The position numbers and the translations under genes were made by a program. This document shows positions 24,815 through 35,529 of a DNA stretch of 64,000 bases, one piece after another. Below the pieces are notes generated by a model that was not told the origin of the DNA, made no database searches, and was given only the letters and a program-made list of their open reading frames with translations. This DNA is from Acidimicrobiia bacterium (lineage in GTDB: Bacteria; Actinomycetota; Acidimicrobiia; Spongiisociales; ZC4RG35). Numbering within the stretch: the first letter of the stretch is position 1; each line of letters begins with the position of its first letter. The stretch spans positions 2,592,001-2,656,000 of the forward strand of contig CBDBCY010000004.1 in the NCBI GenBank assembly GCA_965203555.1. The letters run 5' to 3'.

Positions 24815-26170
24815 ATGGATCGTCGCATCTTCGGCATTGAAAGTGAATACGGTGTCACCTTCACCCTGAGGGGGCAGCGGCGGCTGAGTCCCGACGAGGT
24901 GGCGAGATACCTGTTCAGGAGGGTGGTGAGTTGGGGACGCTCCTCCAATGTCTTCTTGGAGAACGGCGCCCGGCTGTACCTGGATGTCGGCTCCCACCCC
25001 GAATACGCCACGCCCGAGTGCGACTCCATAGAAGATGTGATCGTCTATGACCGGGCGGGAGAGCGGTTCTTGGAGAGTCTTATCAACTCGGCGGAGGAGC
25101 GTCTTTCCGCAGAGGGGGTCAAGGGCCAGATCTTCTTGTTCAAGAACAACACGGACTCGGCAGGCAACAGCTACGGCTGCCACGAGAACTATTTGATCAC
25201 CCGCGCCAAGGACTTCGAGCAGACGGTGAACATCCTCCTCCCCTTCCTGGTGACCAGACAGATCTTCCTGGGGGCCGGAAAGCTCCATCAGAGCACCAGG
25301 CAGGTCACCTATTCGATAGCCCAGCGGGCAGATCACATCTGGGAGGGAATCTCGTCGGCCACCACCCGCAGCCGACCGATCATCAACACCCGCGACGAGC
25401 CCCACGCCGACGCTGAGCAGTACCGTCGACTGCACCTCATCGCCGGTGACTCCAACATGAGCGAGTACGCCACATTCGTCAAGATCGGGACGATGCTGGC
25501 GCTTCTGCAGATGATCGAGAGCGACGCGATGTTCAGGGACCTGACACTGGAAAACCCCATCAAGGCGATTCGTCAGATCTCCCATGATCTGACTTGCTCC
25601 ACCAATGTCCGGCTTCAAAACGGCCGACTGATGTCCGCCCTGGACATCCAATGGGAGTACTTCGATCGGGTCACCAGGTACGCTCAACAGCCCGGTTTCC
25701 CGCCCGAAGTGCAGCGGGCGGTCGACCGTTGGGAGCACCTGTTGACCGGCTTGGAGAAGGATCCGCTCAGTCTCGACCGAGAGGTGGACTGGGTTATAAA
25801 GCACCGGTTGCTGGAGGAGTACCGAGAGCGGAGAGGGGTCTCCGAAAAAGACGCCAGACTGGCCCTGGTCGACCTTTCCTACCACGACGTGGACACCAGC
25901 CGCGGTCTGTATTACGTCTTGGAGAGGCACGGCCTGGTTGACAAGGTCGTCACCGACGAACAGGTATCGAGGGCGCAGACCAGGCCGCCTCAGACCACCC
26001 GGGCCAGGCTGCGGGGAGCGTTCATCAAAGCGGCCAAGGCCCGGCGCCGGGACTTTACGGTGGACTGGATGCACCTCAAACTGAATGACCAGACCCAACA
26101 GACCATGTTGTGCAAAGACCCTTTCCGCTCCCACGATGAACGGATCGAGCGGTTCATCGACTCGCTCTGA
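24815..26170 (+). CDS. pafA: Pup-protein ligase
   Basis: [46 protein letters not shown] and RDFTVDW motifs. Confidence 0.96.
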   Translation: MDRRIFGIESEYGVTFTLRGQRRLSPDEVARYLFRRVVSWGRSSNVFLENGARLYLDVGSHPEYATPECDSIEDVIVYDRAGERFLESLINSAEERLSAEGVKGQIFLFKNNTDSAGNSYGCHENYLITRAKDFEQTVNILLPFLVTRQIFLGAGKLHQSTRQVTYSIAQRADHIWEGISSATTRSRPIINTRDEPHADAEQYRRLHLIAGDSNMSEYATFVKIGTMLALLQMIESDAMFRDLTLENPIKAIRQISHDLTCSTNVRLQNGRLMSALDIQWEYFDRVTRYAQQPGFPPEVQRAVDRWEHLLTGLEKDPLSLDREVDWVIKHRLLEEYRERRGVSEKDARLALVDLSYHDVDTSRGLYYVLERHGLVDKVVTDEQVSRAQTRPPQTTRARLRGAFIKAAKARRRDFTVDWMHLKLNDQTQQTMLCKDPFRSHDERIERFIDSL

Positions 26171-26182
26171 GAGGAGGTTTCA

Positions 26183-27118
26183 GTGAAAAAAAGGGAACGG
26201 CTTCTGAATCTGCTCTGTTTGCTCTGGTCAAGCAAACGCAGGTTCACTCGCGAGGATATATTTCGTCGGATGGCCCCCTACCGAAGTTACGCCAATCCCG
26301 AGACTGCCCGAAGGACCTTCGAGAGAGACAAAAAGACCCTGCGGCAGGCTGGTTTCGAGATTCGGACCAGTCAGCCGGATGAGGGACCGGCCACCTATAC
26401 GCTCGCCCAGCCGAACAACGCCCTGGGGGAGATGGAGCTGTCCGACTCCGAGCGGATGGCGTTGGCGGTTTCGGTGGCGATGGTGAAACTGGGCGGCGCC
26501 TTTTCAGTGGATCGCACCCTGGTCAAGCTGGGCGCCGGGTCGGTGGGGGGGATGTCGACCATGAACCTGGATGTGGGTGACCTGGAGACCGAAAAGGTGC
26601 ATGACCTGCTGAGAGCCGTACAGTTGCGCTCCCACATATTCTTCAACTACAAGGGGAGGCGGCGTCGGCAGGTGGAGCCGTTGCGGATTGTCAGCCGACG
26701 CGGACATTGGTATGTGCAGGCGCGGGAAGACGAGATCGTCAAGACTTTCAGGATCGACCGGCTCAGCGGCCTGTACGTTTCTTCCCGAGAGGACATGTAT
26801 GACCTCACGCCCTTCCCCGAGGGGCCGAACATTCTGACCGCCGAGCCATGGGAGTTCGGGGAGGAAGAGGCGGTGGAGACCACCGTCCGTTTCGACGCCG
26901 ACGCAGCCTGGTACGTGCGGCCTCGCCTTCCCTCCTCGGTCAGGATCAGGGAGGAGAGCGACGGTTCCCTGACGGTGCATGCCACGGTCACCAACCGGGC
27001 CGCCTTCTTCTTCTGGATTCTGGACTTCGGGCCGGACGGAGAAATCGTGGCGCCCGATTCGATGCGACGGAGTCTGATCGAATGGGTAGAGGAGTCTCGG
27101 GCGGGAGGAGGCTCATGA
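26183..27118 (+). CDS. pafB: WYL-domain transcriptional regulator
   Basis: ERLLNL, RRTFERDK..LR, R.VEP, WYV and FRIDR motifs; follows pafA. Confidence 0.85.
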   Translation: MKKRERLLNLLCLLWSSKRRFTREDIFRRMAPYRSYANPETARRTFERDKKTLRQAGFEIRTSQPDEGPATYTLAQPNNALGEMELSDSERMALAVSVAMVKLGGAFSVDRTLVKLGAGSVGGMSTMNLDVGDLETEKVHDLLRAVQLRSHIFFNYKGRRRRQVEPLRIVSRRGHWYVQAREDEIVKTFRIDRLSGLYVSSREDMYDLTPFPEGPNILTAEPWEFGEEEAVETTVRFDADAAWYVRPRLPSSVRIREESDGSLTVHATVTNRAAFFFWILDFGPDGEIVAPDSMRRSLIEWVEESRAGGGS

Positions 27119-28056
27119 CATACGTGCAGCCTTTGGGAGGGCTGGGGCGGCTCTTGATGGTGATCCCCTGGCTGATAAAGGAGAGGGAGGCGCCTATCGG
27201 GGAGATGGAAAGGCGTTTCGCCATCAAGCCGGAGCAACTTGTGAAAGATATGGCGGCGCTCAACGAGGTTGACTTCTTCGTCAGTCCCGAGCAGCGTTTC
27301 TCGGTGGAGATAACCGGCGAACGCGTCAAGGTGCTGGAGGCGCCCGACTTTCCCTCCACTCCCGGGTTTCTTCCCTTTGAGGCCCTGGCCTGCCTGGTAG
27401 CGGGCAAGGCCGCCCTGGAGATGAACCCGGATGCGTCCGATCTGAGTTCGGCGGTGGAGAAACTGGAAAGGGCCATGATCCCCCACGATGCCAGGGCGCT
27501 GCGGATCCTGTCCGGAACCGGGGTTCCCTGGGTGAACGAGTTGCGGGAGTGGGCGATGGCGCGCCGAGTGGTCCGGTTGCGGTATCGATCCACCGACAAG
27601 GGGGAACTCTCCGACCGGGAGGTGGAACCCTGGCAGGTGTACCAATGGATGGGTACCTGGTACCTGTGGGGATACAGCCGCACCAAGCACGAGCCCCGCC
27701 GTTACCGGGTGGACGGCATCCAACGGGCCAAACCCATCCGGAAGATCTTCCGTCCCCCGCGGCGGGTCCCCCCTCCGCCCACCACCTACCGTCCGTCGCC
27801 CGGTGACCACCGGGTCGTCTTTTCGATCCGTCCTCAGGCGCGTTGGATCACAGAGCTCTACTCCATGGAGATACTTTCCGAGGATGAGGACGGGCTGCTC
27901 CATGCCGAGTTCTACACACGGGATCCGCGGGTGGCCGCCCGCCTGGCGCTGCAACTGGGCCCCGATTTGCGGATCGTGGAAGGTGACGCGGCCCGCATGA
28001 TGCTGACCGAGCAGGCCACCGCAGTGCTGGCTCGTTACGGAGAGCGGGCCGGCTGA
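27115..28056 (+). CDS. pafC: WYL-domain transcriptional regulator
   Basis: RLLMVIPW, Y....GE...REVEP, WYLWG and RYRVD motifs; ATGA overlap with pafB. Confidence 0.82.
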   Translation: MTYVQPLGGLGRLLMVIPWLIKEREAPIGEMERRFAIKPEQLVKDMAALNEVDFFVSPEQRFSVEITGERVKVLEAPDFPSTPGFLPFEALACLVAGKAALEMNPDASDLSSAVEKLERAMIPHDARALRILSGTGVPWVNELREWAMARRVVRLRYRSTDKGELSDREVEPWQVYQWMGTWYLWGYSRTKHEPRRYRVDGIQRAKPIRKIFRPPRRVPPPPTTYRPSPGDHRVVFSIRPQARWITELYSMEILSEDEDGLLHAEFYTRDPRVAARLALQLGPDLRIVEGDAARMMLTEQATAVLARYGERAG

Positions 28057-28199
28057 CGGCGCTTTCGATCCGTACTGTCCGGTGGATGGGGCGATAGGAC
28101 ATGGAGTCGTTGTGACCGTCGCCGCAGGGTAATCAGCGGATTGCCCTTACCACTTCGACCAACGGCTCATTTAGCATGGAGACGGCGGCGTCGGGTTGG

Positions 28200-28578
28200 T
28201 CACGGTAACGTCGAGTTGATCCCATTGGTCGACCCGGACGACGGCCTCCCTATCGAGATAGGTCAAACAATCGTCGGAGTCGTCGACTATCCCTCGGATG
28301 CGGACTGGTATTGGATCCACCTGCGGGAGGATGAGACGGTGAGAATCAGCACCGACTCCATCACGGTGGACACCGTCGTCTTTGTCAACGGCGCCGACGA
28401 CTGGCTGGAGTCGTTTGAATTCGATGACGACAGCGGCGAGGGACTGTTCGGGTTCAACGCCGAACTGGTTTATCAGGCGCCGCGCACCGGCGAGTTTCTG
28501 ATCGCGGTGGCGGAGGTGTGGGGCGAACAAGTCGGCGGTTACTACCTGACCGTGGAAAGAGTCTCCGATAGCGGGTGA
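28200..28578 (+). pseudogene. Orphan PPC (pre-peptidase C-terminal) domain fragment
   Basis: G.VDYPSD.DWY.I.L, DDDSG.GLFG.NAE..Y.A...G and GGYYL motifs; upstream frame degenerate and no convincing start. Confidence 0.55.
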
Positions 28579-28672
28579 ATGACGCCCGGCCCACAGGAGG
28601 ATTCTGCTCCGCGGTCTTGCCGTACAGGGAGCGGGCTTTCGGGTCATTCGCTGACGGGCTAGGATTTCCAAC

Positions 28673-29281
28673 ATGAGCGTTATGTCCCGATTGCGTAAGT
28701 CCCTGCCGGATGGGGTTGATCCCTCTCGGCTCCCCCCCGGCCAGTACAACACCAAGCGGTTTCCGGTGCTGCATGTGGGATACACCCCCAAAGTGAAGCT
28801 GGACAAGTGGGACTTCAAAGTGGAAGGCCTGGTCAAGAACCCTCTTACCTGGTCATACGAGGAGATGACCTCCCTTCCGCAAGCCGAGAGGGTGTGCGAC
28901 ATCCATTGCGTCACCAAATGGTCGAAGTTCGACACTCGGTGGGAGGGAGTAGCCGTCACCGATGTGCTGTCGCAGTTGGAACTTCTGCCCGAGGCCACCC
29001 ACGTGCTGGTCCTGGCCGAGCACGGCTTCACTTCCAACCTGTCACTGGAGGACTTTTCCAGGCCAGAGAACCTCTTTGCCACCAGATTCGACGGGAAGCC
29101 GTTGGCGCCCGATCATGGATGGCCGATGAGACTGGTGGTTCCGCATCTGTATTTTTGGAAGTCTGCCAAGTGGGTGCGGGGCATTCGGTTCATCGACGCC
29201 GACCAACCGGGATTCTGGGAGAGGAACGGCTATCACATGCGGGGAGACCCCTGGGCCGAGGAGCGCTACTGGGGCGACTGA
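28673..29281 (+). CDS. Sulfite oxidase-like molybdopterin oxidoreductase (YuiH-like)
   Basis: RLPPGQ, DIHCVTKWS, HGWP.RL..P.LYFWKSAKW and GFWE.NGYH motifs. Confidence 0.88.
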   Translation: MSVMSRLRKSLPDGVDPSRLPPGQYNTKRFPVLHVGYTPKVKLDKWDFKVEGLVKNPLTWSYEEMTSLPQAERVCDIHCVTKWSKFDTRWEGVAVTDVLSQLELLPEATHVLVLAEHGFTSNLSLEDFSRPENLFATRFDGKPLAPDHGWPMRLVVPHLYFWKSAKWVRGIRFIDADQPGFWERNGYHMRGDPWAEERYWGD

Positions 29282-29303
29282 TCCCTCACCCGGGATCGGA
29301 CGA

Positions 29304-30740
29304 CTAGATGTCCGCCAGGGCAGGCCGCCGGTCGAACCAGGGCCGGGCCTCCTCCAGTTGGGCTGCCAGCATCAGGAGAGTGGTCTCGTCACCGTAGCGG
29401 CCCAGAAAATGCACTCCCACCGGCACTCCGGTGGAGTCTTGGTGCAGGGGAACCGACATGGCGGGCTGTCCGGTCATGTTGGCCACGGAACAAAACGGGC
29501 TGAACCTTCCGATTCGAGACCGGAAGCGGTCGGTGTCTTCCGAATCGGTGTCGAAGGTGCCCAGCGGTGGGGGAGGCGACGCGGCGGTGGGAGTGAGCCA
29601 CGCATGTCGGGTCGAGAAGAAGTCGGAGACCTCCCTGCCCACCCGGTGGATGGTGGCCAGTGCTTCCAGGTACTCCACCGCATCGGTCCGGTCGCCATGC
29701 TCGACCCGTTCTCTGATTCCGGCTTCCAAGTCGTCGGTTCGGGGGCGCCGACCCAGTTTCCGGGCGCGGTCCGCCACGGTTCGGGCGACGTTTGAGTTGA
29801 CCACCGTCGTGTAGGCCAGACCTGCTTCGAGCAGGCTCCAACGGGGTGAGGCTTCCTCGACGATGTGCCCCATGTTCTCGCACAGTGCGGCGGTCTCTTC
29901 AACCGCCCGTCTGCACTCCGGATGCACCTCATGACCGCGGGGGGTGTGAACGGAATAACCGATTCGCAACCTGCCCGGGTCGGCCCCGACACCGGAGAGA
30001 AACGATCTCCGCGGCGGCGGCGGGTAATAGGGTGCGCCGGGATCGGGCCCGGAGGTGAGATCCAGCAGCAGCGCCGAGTCCCGAACCGACAGGGTGACGG
30101 CGTGCTCCACGCTCAGACCCCCCCAGCCCTCTCCCTGGTCCGGTCCGGCGGGGTTGCGGCCCCGGGTGGGTTTCAGTCCGAACAGTCCGCAACAACTGGC
30201 CGGAATCCGGATCGATCCCCCTCCGTCGGTGGCGTGGGCCAGGGGGAGCACCCGGGCGGCCACCAGCGCCGCCGCCCCACCGCTGGAACCACCCGGGATG
30301 AGGCCGGTGTCCCAGGGATTGCACGCCGGACCACCGAATCGGGGTTCGGTGGCAAGATTGCACCCCAATTCGGGAGTCTTGGTCTTTCCGAAGACCACCA
30401 ATCCCGCCGCCAGATGCCGTCGGACCGTCTCGGTGGAGTAGTCGGACACCGACCCGGAGAAGAACCGGCTTCCCTGGGTGGTCGGCGTGCCCGGATACTG
30501 TGCCCGCAGGTCTTTGAGGACAAAAGGCGTTCCTCCAAAGGGTCCCCGGGTTCTTCCCGCGGCAATTTGGCGACGTGCCTGGTCCTCCATGTCCAGCACC
30601 ATGGCGCCCAGAACCGGATCAACTTCCCCGGCCCGTCGAAGAGCCTCATCCAGCACTTCGGTGGGATGCACTTGTCCGCCGGCGATCAACTCGGCCAGTC
30701 CGATCCCGTCGTAACGCAGATACTCGGCGCCCAGGGTCAC
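29304..30740 (-). CDS. Amidase signature family enzyme
   Basis: KDL, GGSSGG and DGGGSIRIPAS.CGLFGLKP motifs. Confidence 0.9.
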   Translation of the reverse strand: MTLGAEYLRYDGIGLAELIAGGQVHPTEVLDEALRRAGEVDPVLGAMVLDMEDQARRQIAAGRTRGPFGGTPFVLKDLRAQYPGTPTTQGSRFFSGSVSDYSTETVRRHLAAGLVVFGKTKTPELGCNLATEPRFGGPACNPWDTGLIPGGSSGGAAALVAARVLPLAHATDGGGSIRIPASCCGLFGLKPTRGRNPAGPDQGEGWGGLSVEHAVTLSVRDSALLLDLTSGPDPGAPYYPPPPRRSFLSGVGADPGRLRIGYSVHTPRGHEVHPECRRAVEETAALCENMGHIVEEASPRWSLLEAGLAYTTVVNSNVARTVADRARKLGRRPRTDDLEAGIRERVEHGDRTDAVEYLEALATIHRVGREVSDFFSTRHAWLTPTAASPPPPLGTFDTDSEDTDRFRSRIGRFSPFCSVANMTGQPAMSVPLHQDSTGVPVGVHFLGRYGDETTLLMLAAQLEEARPWFDRRPALADI

Positions 30741-31687
30741 TTCTCACCTGCCAGGTTGATGGCCTCCAAACAGTGTTCCCACCCCTTCCGGTCATTAAGG
30801 CCCCCGGTGAGGGGAAAGACCATGACTTCGCACCAGGAGGCCAGATCCGACAGTCGAGTCGCCACATCCTCAACCGAGCCGTGCACCACCAATTCATTCA
30901 CCAGGGCGCCGGGCAGCGGTCCGTCCCCCGGCGGGTACCCGGCTTTGGTGAACATCTCCCGGTAATACTGGAATCGCGTGTACATGGCGATATGCTGCTG
31001 AGCGGCTTGTTTTACCGCACGGGTGTCCTCGCTGACCAGGGTTGGCACGCACAGGACGACTGGAGGCGAGTTCCGATTCATGGAAGCGGCGCCGCTGTTC
31101 AGGGCCTGCAGACCCGTGCTCTTCACATAGCGGGGCGGGCACACCCAGGTGATGGCGCCTTCTGTTACCTCTCCGCAGAACCGGAAAGCGCCCTCTCCAA
31201 GGGCCGAGGCGAGCACCGGAGTTGGAAGGGGATCGGGGATACTTCCCTTGGCTCTCAGGAATTCTCCCCGGAAATCCACCCTGCCTGTCCTGAACAGAGT
31301 GCGCAGGACGTTCACATACTCCCGCAGATGCCTGAGGGGACGGCGAAAGTCGGCGCCGTAGGGAGACATGGCGGCGGCGGTGCTGGGACCAACCCCCAGA
31401 CGGATCCGGCCCGGGGCCAGGGATTCCAGGGCCTTGACCTGCTGCGCCAAAGCCAGGGGGTGGCGGGGCCAGATCGGGATCACGGCGGTTCCCAGTTGAA
31501 CCCGAGACGTGGTCTGGGAGGCGGCCGCCATGATCGTGAGAGCGTCCGGCCGAAGCCGTCCGGCCGTGAGCCATACGGTGTCGACTCGGGCATGATCGGC
31601 CTTTTTGATCATTTCCAGGGTGGCAGAAGTCTCATCAGGTTGGACGACCATTCCGATCGAAGTTCCGTTCGGCCGGGTGGGAGGCAT
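30737..31687 (-). CDS. LLM-class (probably F420-dependent) oxidoreductase
   Basis: LGTAVIP..PRHP, GR..LGVGPS and LREY motifs. Confidence 0.85.
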   Translation of the reverse strand: MPPTRPNGTSIGMVVQPDETSATLEMIKKADHARVDTVWLTAGRLRPDALTIMAAASQTTSRVQLGTAVIPIWPRHPLALAQQVKALESLAPGRIRLGVGPSTAAAMSPYGADFRRPLRHLREYVNVLRTLFRTGRVDFRGEFLRAKGSIPDPLPTPVLASALGEGAFRFCGEVTEGAITWVCPPRYVKSTGLQALNSGAASMNRNSPPVVLCVPTLVSEDTRAVKQAAQQHIAMYTRFQYYREMFTKAGYPPGDGPLPGALVNELVVHGSVEDVATRLSDLASWCEVMVFPLTGGLNDRKGWEHCLEAINLAGEK

Positions 31688-31740
31688 CCTTCGAGATTAC
31701 CTGTGGAGGCGCCCTCGAAGGTGGCGGTAGATTGACTGCA

Positions 31741-33003
31741 ATGCCGGCAGGGTTGTCCCGATACCGATACACAGGAGGGCCTCTGTGGTGGGTGTGGATG
31801 ATCGGCTTGGCGATCTTGTGGATGGTGATGACGGCGGCGCCCGCCGGCGCGACGGTCGCCGAGTCGGATCTGGTGTGGATCGTCGAGGACGAGGTGGTTT
31901 CGGAGGATCTGTACGCGGTGGGAAACGAGGTCCGTATTGCTGGCCGCGTGGAGGGGGATCTGGTGGCGGTGGCGACGGATCGGTTGTTGGTGGAGGGAGT
32001 GGTGACCGGATCGGTTACCGCCCTGGCTTCCCGGCTGGTGATCAAGGGCGAGGTAGGTGGGTCGGTGGTTGCCGGGGCAGCCGATGTGACCGTCACCGGC
32101 CAGGTGGGAGGTGATGTGGTGGTGGGAACGCTGGACCTTCAAGTGAATGGAGCAGTGGGAAGAGACATTCTGGCCGCTGCCTGGTCGGGTAGTGCGGCAG
32201 GGGAGGTCGGGAGGGATTTGAGAGGTCTCTTCCGGTACCTGGACCTCGGCGGGGAGATCGGAGGAGACGTGGAGATCCGGGCGAGTCGGCTCGGCGCCGG
32301 GGAGCGGCTGTCCGTTCGGGGAGACATGGACTACCAGGCTGCGCGCCTGTCCGGGCAGGAGTACTTGGAGAGCAACGTGGCAGGTACACTGGTCAACCGC
32401 CGAGCGCTTCCACCCAACATACGGATACGGGCCTTTCGACTGATGGCCATCCTGTTCGCGTCGCTGCTGGTCTTGGTCGCAGGGTTGGTTGTCGTGCGTC
32501 TGGCGTCCTCTCTGGTCGAGGCAGCCGCGCAGCGGGCGATCAAAAAGCCTTGGCGCAGTCTCGGTAAGGGCCTGATCGTCGCCGTGTCGCCCCTGGTGGG
32601 CCTGGCAGCGATGTTGATGGTCGTGGTATGGCTTCCGCTCTACATCTGGGGGCCGTTGCTGATAGGTGGAGTTCCGTTTCTGGCCATTGCGGCGGGAGGT
32701 TGGTTGCTGGCGTTGCTTGTCTCCCATATACCGGTGGCGGTGGCTACGGGACGAATGCTTGGTAAGGTCTTAGGCCGCGAATGGGATACTGCAGTGGCCT
32801 ATACGGTCGGTGCGGTTGCCTATTTGTCAGCATTGCAGATTCCGGTGTTGGGGTTGCCGTTGGTAGCGACCGCTACGGTCCTGGGAGCAGGGGGGTGGAT
32901 GGGAAAAGGACGCCGAAGTTCTGCGATTCACCCCCAGTCCCAGGGTCGTATTCGAAAGCGAGAGGATTTGGCATCGACGGGGGATCCCCGTCTTTCGGAA
33001 TGA
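31741..33003 (+). CDS. Membrane protein with bactofilin-like beta-helix repeats
   Basis: Repeated (V/I)xG.V.GD units followed by several transmembrane helices. Confidence 0.7.
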   Translation: MPAGLSRYRYTGGPLWWVWMIGLAILWMVMTAAPAGATVAESDLVWIVEDEVVSEDLYAVGNEVRIAGRVEGDLVAVATDRLLVEGVVTGSVTALASRLVIKGEVGGSVVAGAADVTVTGQVGGDVVVGTLDLQVNGAVGRDILAAAWSGSAAGEVGRDLRGLFRYLDLGGEIGGDVEIRASRLGAGERLSVRGDMDYQAARLSGQEYLESNVAGTLVNRRALPPNIRIRAFRLMAILFASLLVLVAGLVVVRLASSLVEAAAQRAIKKPWRSLGKGLIVAVSPLVGLAAMLMVVVWLPLYIWGPLLIGGVPFLAIAAGGWLLALLVSHIPVAVATGRMLGKVLGREWDTAVAYTVGAVAYLSALQIPVLGLPLVATATVLGAGGWMGKGRRSSAIHPQSQGRIRKREDLASTGDPRLSE

Positions 33004-33043
33004 CTCTGCAGCGTCGGCGGCGAGCCGCCTTGCACATGTCTTG

Positions 33044-34123
33044 TCAGCTGGCGGCCAACAGATTCTTCAGTTCATCGCAGAGGCGGTCGGTGTCGTCCTG
33101 GTCCACTCCGATGTGGGTCACGATTCGGATCCGCCGTTCCCCGAAGGCGCCCACCAGGCAACCCCGGGAGAGCAACCGGTCGGCAAGTTCGGCGGCGGTG
33201 GGGCCGTGCGGGGATATGTCGAAGATCACGATGTTGGTGTCGGCCGGCAGGACGTTTTCCACCAGTGGCAGGTCTTCCAATGTCGACGCGATCTGGGCGG
33301 CGTGTCGGTGATCGTCCGCCAGTCGCTCCACGTTGTGATCGAGAGCGTAGAGGCAGAGGGCCGCCATGAATCCGGACTGTCGCAGGCCCCCCCCCAACAG
33401 CTGCCTGAGGCGCCAGGCTCGCTGGATGAATCCCTCGGAACCGACCAGGAGAGCGCCGAAGGGACAACCCAGGCCCTTGGTGAAGCAGATGGTGACGGAA
33501 TCGTATCCGTGGGCGTAGTCCGCGGCCGAGATGCCGGTTTTGACCACCGCGTTCATCAGGCGAGCGCCATCCAGGTGGGTGGCGATCCCCGCCTCGGCCG
33601 CCACTGCGGCCACCTCCCTCAACCTCTGCAGCGGCCAGACTGCGCCACCACCGAAGTTGGCAGTCTGCTCAACCACCACCAGTGAGGTCTCGGGAATGTA
33701 CAGGTTGCCCTTGGGTCGCAAAGCGGCCGTGACCTGCTCGGGACTGAACATGCCGTTGTGGCCGTCCACCATGTGGGTCTGCACTCCTGCCAGAAGACCG
33801 GGGCCGCCGCCCTCGAAGTTCAATATGTGCGAGGACCTTTCACATATCATTTCCTCCCCCCGGCGGCAATGAATCGCAACGGCTATCTCGTTGGCCATGG
33901 TTGCCGAAGGCATGAATAGGGCGTCTTCCTTGCCGAGAAGCTCAGCCGTCCGCTCCAAAAGCCTGGTCGTCGTCGGGTCCTCCCCCTTTTGCTCGTCGCC
34001 GAGAGGTGCGTCCATTGCGGCTTCTCGCATCTCCCGGGAAGGCATGGATTTGGTGTCGCTATAGAAGTCGGCGATACCCGGCGGCAACGGGCCTGCCTTC
34101 TTACCTCCGAAGGTACCTGCCAT
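33044..34123 (-). CDS. Low-specificity L-threonine aldolase family, copy 1
   Basis: SDT, GEDPT, HLDGARL and CFTKGLG (PLP Lys) motifs. Confidence 0.88.
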   Translation of the reverse strand: MAGTFGGKKAGPLPPGIADFYSDTKSMPSREMREAAMDAPLGDEQKGEDPTTTRLLERTAELLGKEDALFMPSATMANEIAVAIHCRRGEEMICERSSHILNFEGGGPGLLAGVQTHMVDGHNGMFSPEQVTAALRPKGNLYIPETSLVVVEQTANFGGGAVWPLQRLREVAAVAAEAGIATHLDGARLMNAVVKTGISAADYAHGYDSVTICFTKGLGCPFGALLVGSEGFIQRAWRLRQLLGGGLRQSGFMAALCLYALDHNVERLADDHRHAAQIASTLEDLPLVENVLPADTNIVIFDISPHGPTAAELADRLLSRGCLVGAFGERRIRIVTHIGVDQDDTDRLCDELKNLLAAS

Positions 34124-34318
34124 TTTCTACTCCCTTTCTCGAGGCTCCGTCACCGCATGATCTTGCCAGAGCGCAGTTTACCGGTTCGGGAACCCACACT
34201 CGGTTGAGAGAGGACCAAGGCGGGCGCGATCATTGAAATCGTTGCCGCGGAGGGCACGAACCTTCCCGGCACGGAGGCGGAAGCCTAGAGTGCTGAACAT
34301 GCTGAGGACCCCGTTCTG

Positions 34319-35398
34319 TCAGAGGGGGGTGAGAAGAGTCTCCAACTCCGCGCACAGGCGATCGGTGTCATCCTGATCGACTCCCAGGTGGGTCACGATT
34401 CGTATCCGCCTCTCGCCGAAGGCGCCAACTGCGAAGCCCCGGGAGAGCAACTCGGCGACCAGTTCGGCTGAAGTCGGACCCTGTGGGGAAATGGTGAAAA
34501 TCACGATATTGGTGTCTGCCGGCAGAACGGTGTCCACCAGCTCCAGGCCTTCCAGGAACGATGCAATCTGATCGGCGCGGCGATGATCGTCCGCCAATCG
34601 CTCCACGTAGTGATCGAGGGCGTACAGGCAGAGGGCCGCCATGAACCCGGACTGTCGCAGTCCTCCTCCGATGAGTTGCCGAAGGCGCCAGGCCCGCTGG
34701 ATGAACTCCTCGGAGCCGGCCAGCGCCGCCCCGAACGGACTGCCGAGTCCCTTCGAGAAGCAGAGGGTGACGGAGTCATAGCCCTCTGAATACTCACTGG
34801 CCGAGATGCCGGTCTTGACCACCGCGTTCATCAATCGAGCCCCGTCCAGATGAGTGGCGATTCCGGCCTCGGCGGCTACGTCGGCCACCTCTCTCATTTG
34901 CTGCAGGGGCCAGATCGCGCCGCCTCCCATGTTGGCGGTCTGCTCCACGGACACCATCGAGGTCTCGGGAATGTACAGGTTGCCCTTGGGTCGCAGAGCT
35001 GCGACAACCTGCTCGGGGCCGAACATGCCGTTGTGACCGTCCACCATGTGGGTCTGCACTCCCGCCAAAAGTCCCGGGCCGCCGGCTTCGAAGTTGACTA
35101 TGTGCGAGTTGCGTTCGCAGATGATCTCGTCGCCGGGGCGGCAATGGACCGCAATGGCGATCTCGTTGGCCATGGTTGCCGCCGGCATGAACAGCGCGTC
35201 CTCCTTGCCGAGCAGTTCGGCCGTTCGCTCCAACAGCCTGGTCGTGGTCGGATCTTCGCCCTTCTGCTCGTCGCCCAGGGGTGCGTCCAGCGCTGCTTCC
35301 CGCATCTCGCGGGGAGGTATCGACTTGCCGTCACTGTAGAAATCAGCGGTGCCCGGCGGCAATGGGGTTGCTTTCTTTCCTCCGTAGGTGCCCGCCAT
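34319..35398 (-). CDS. Low-specificity L-threonine aldolase family, copy 2
   Basis: Same motifs (CFSKGLG); same length, 359 aa. Confidence 0.88.
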   Translation of the reverse strand: MAGTYGGKKATPLPPGTADFYSDGKSIPPREMREAALDAPLGDEQKGEDPTTTRLLERTAELLGKEDALFMPAATMANEIAIAVHCRPGDEIICERNSHIVNFEAGGPGLLAGVQTHMVDGHNGMFGPEQVVAALRPKGNLYIPETSMVSVEQTANMGGGAIWPLQQMREVADVAAEAGIATHLDGARLMNAVVKTGISASEYSEGYDSVTLCFSKGLGSPFGAALAGSEEFIQRAWRLRQLIGGGLRQSGFMAALCLYALDHYVERLADDHRRADQIASFLEGLELVDTVLPADTNIVIFTISPQGPTSAELVAELLSRGFAVGAFGERRIRIVTHLGVDQDDTDRLCAELETLLTPL

Positions 35399-35529
35399 TT
35401 CTTGGCCGCCTTTCTGCGATAGGGGTCACTACATATGCCTTGTCCATAGCATCATACGGGGATTCGATGGTCGTCGTCCATCCCCGGATTGCTTTTGGGC
35501 GGCTCTCGGCCAAGCACTCCTCGGTCTCT

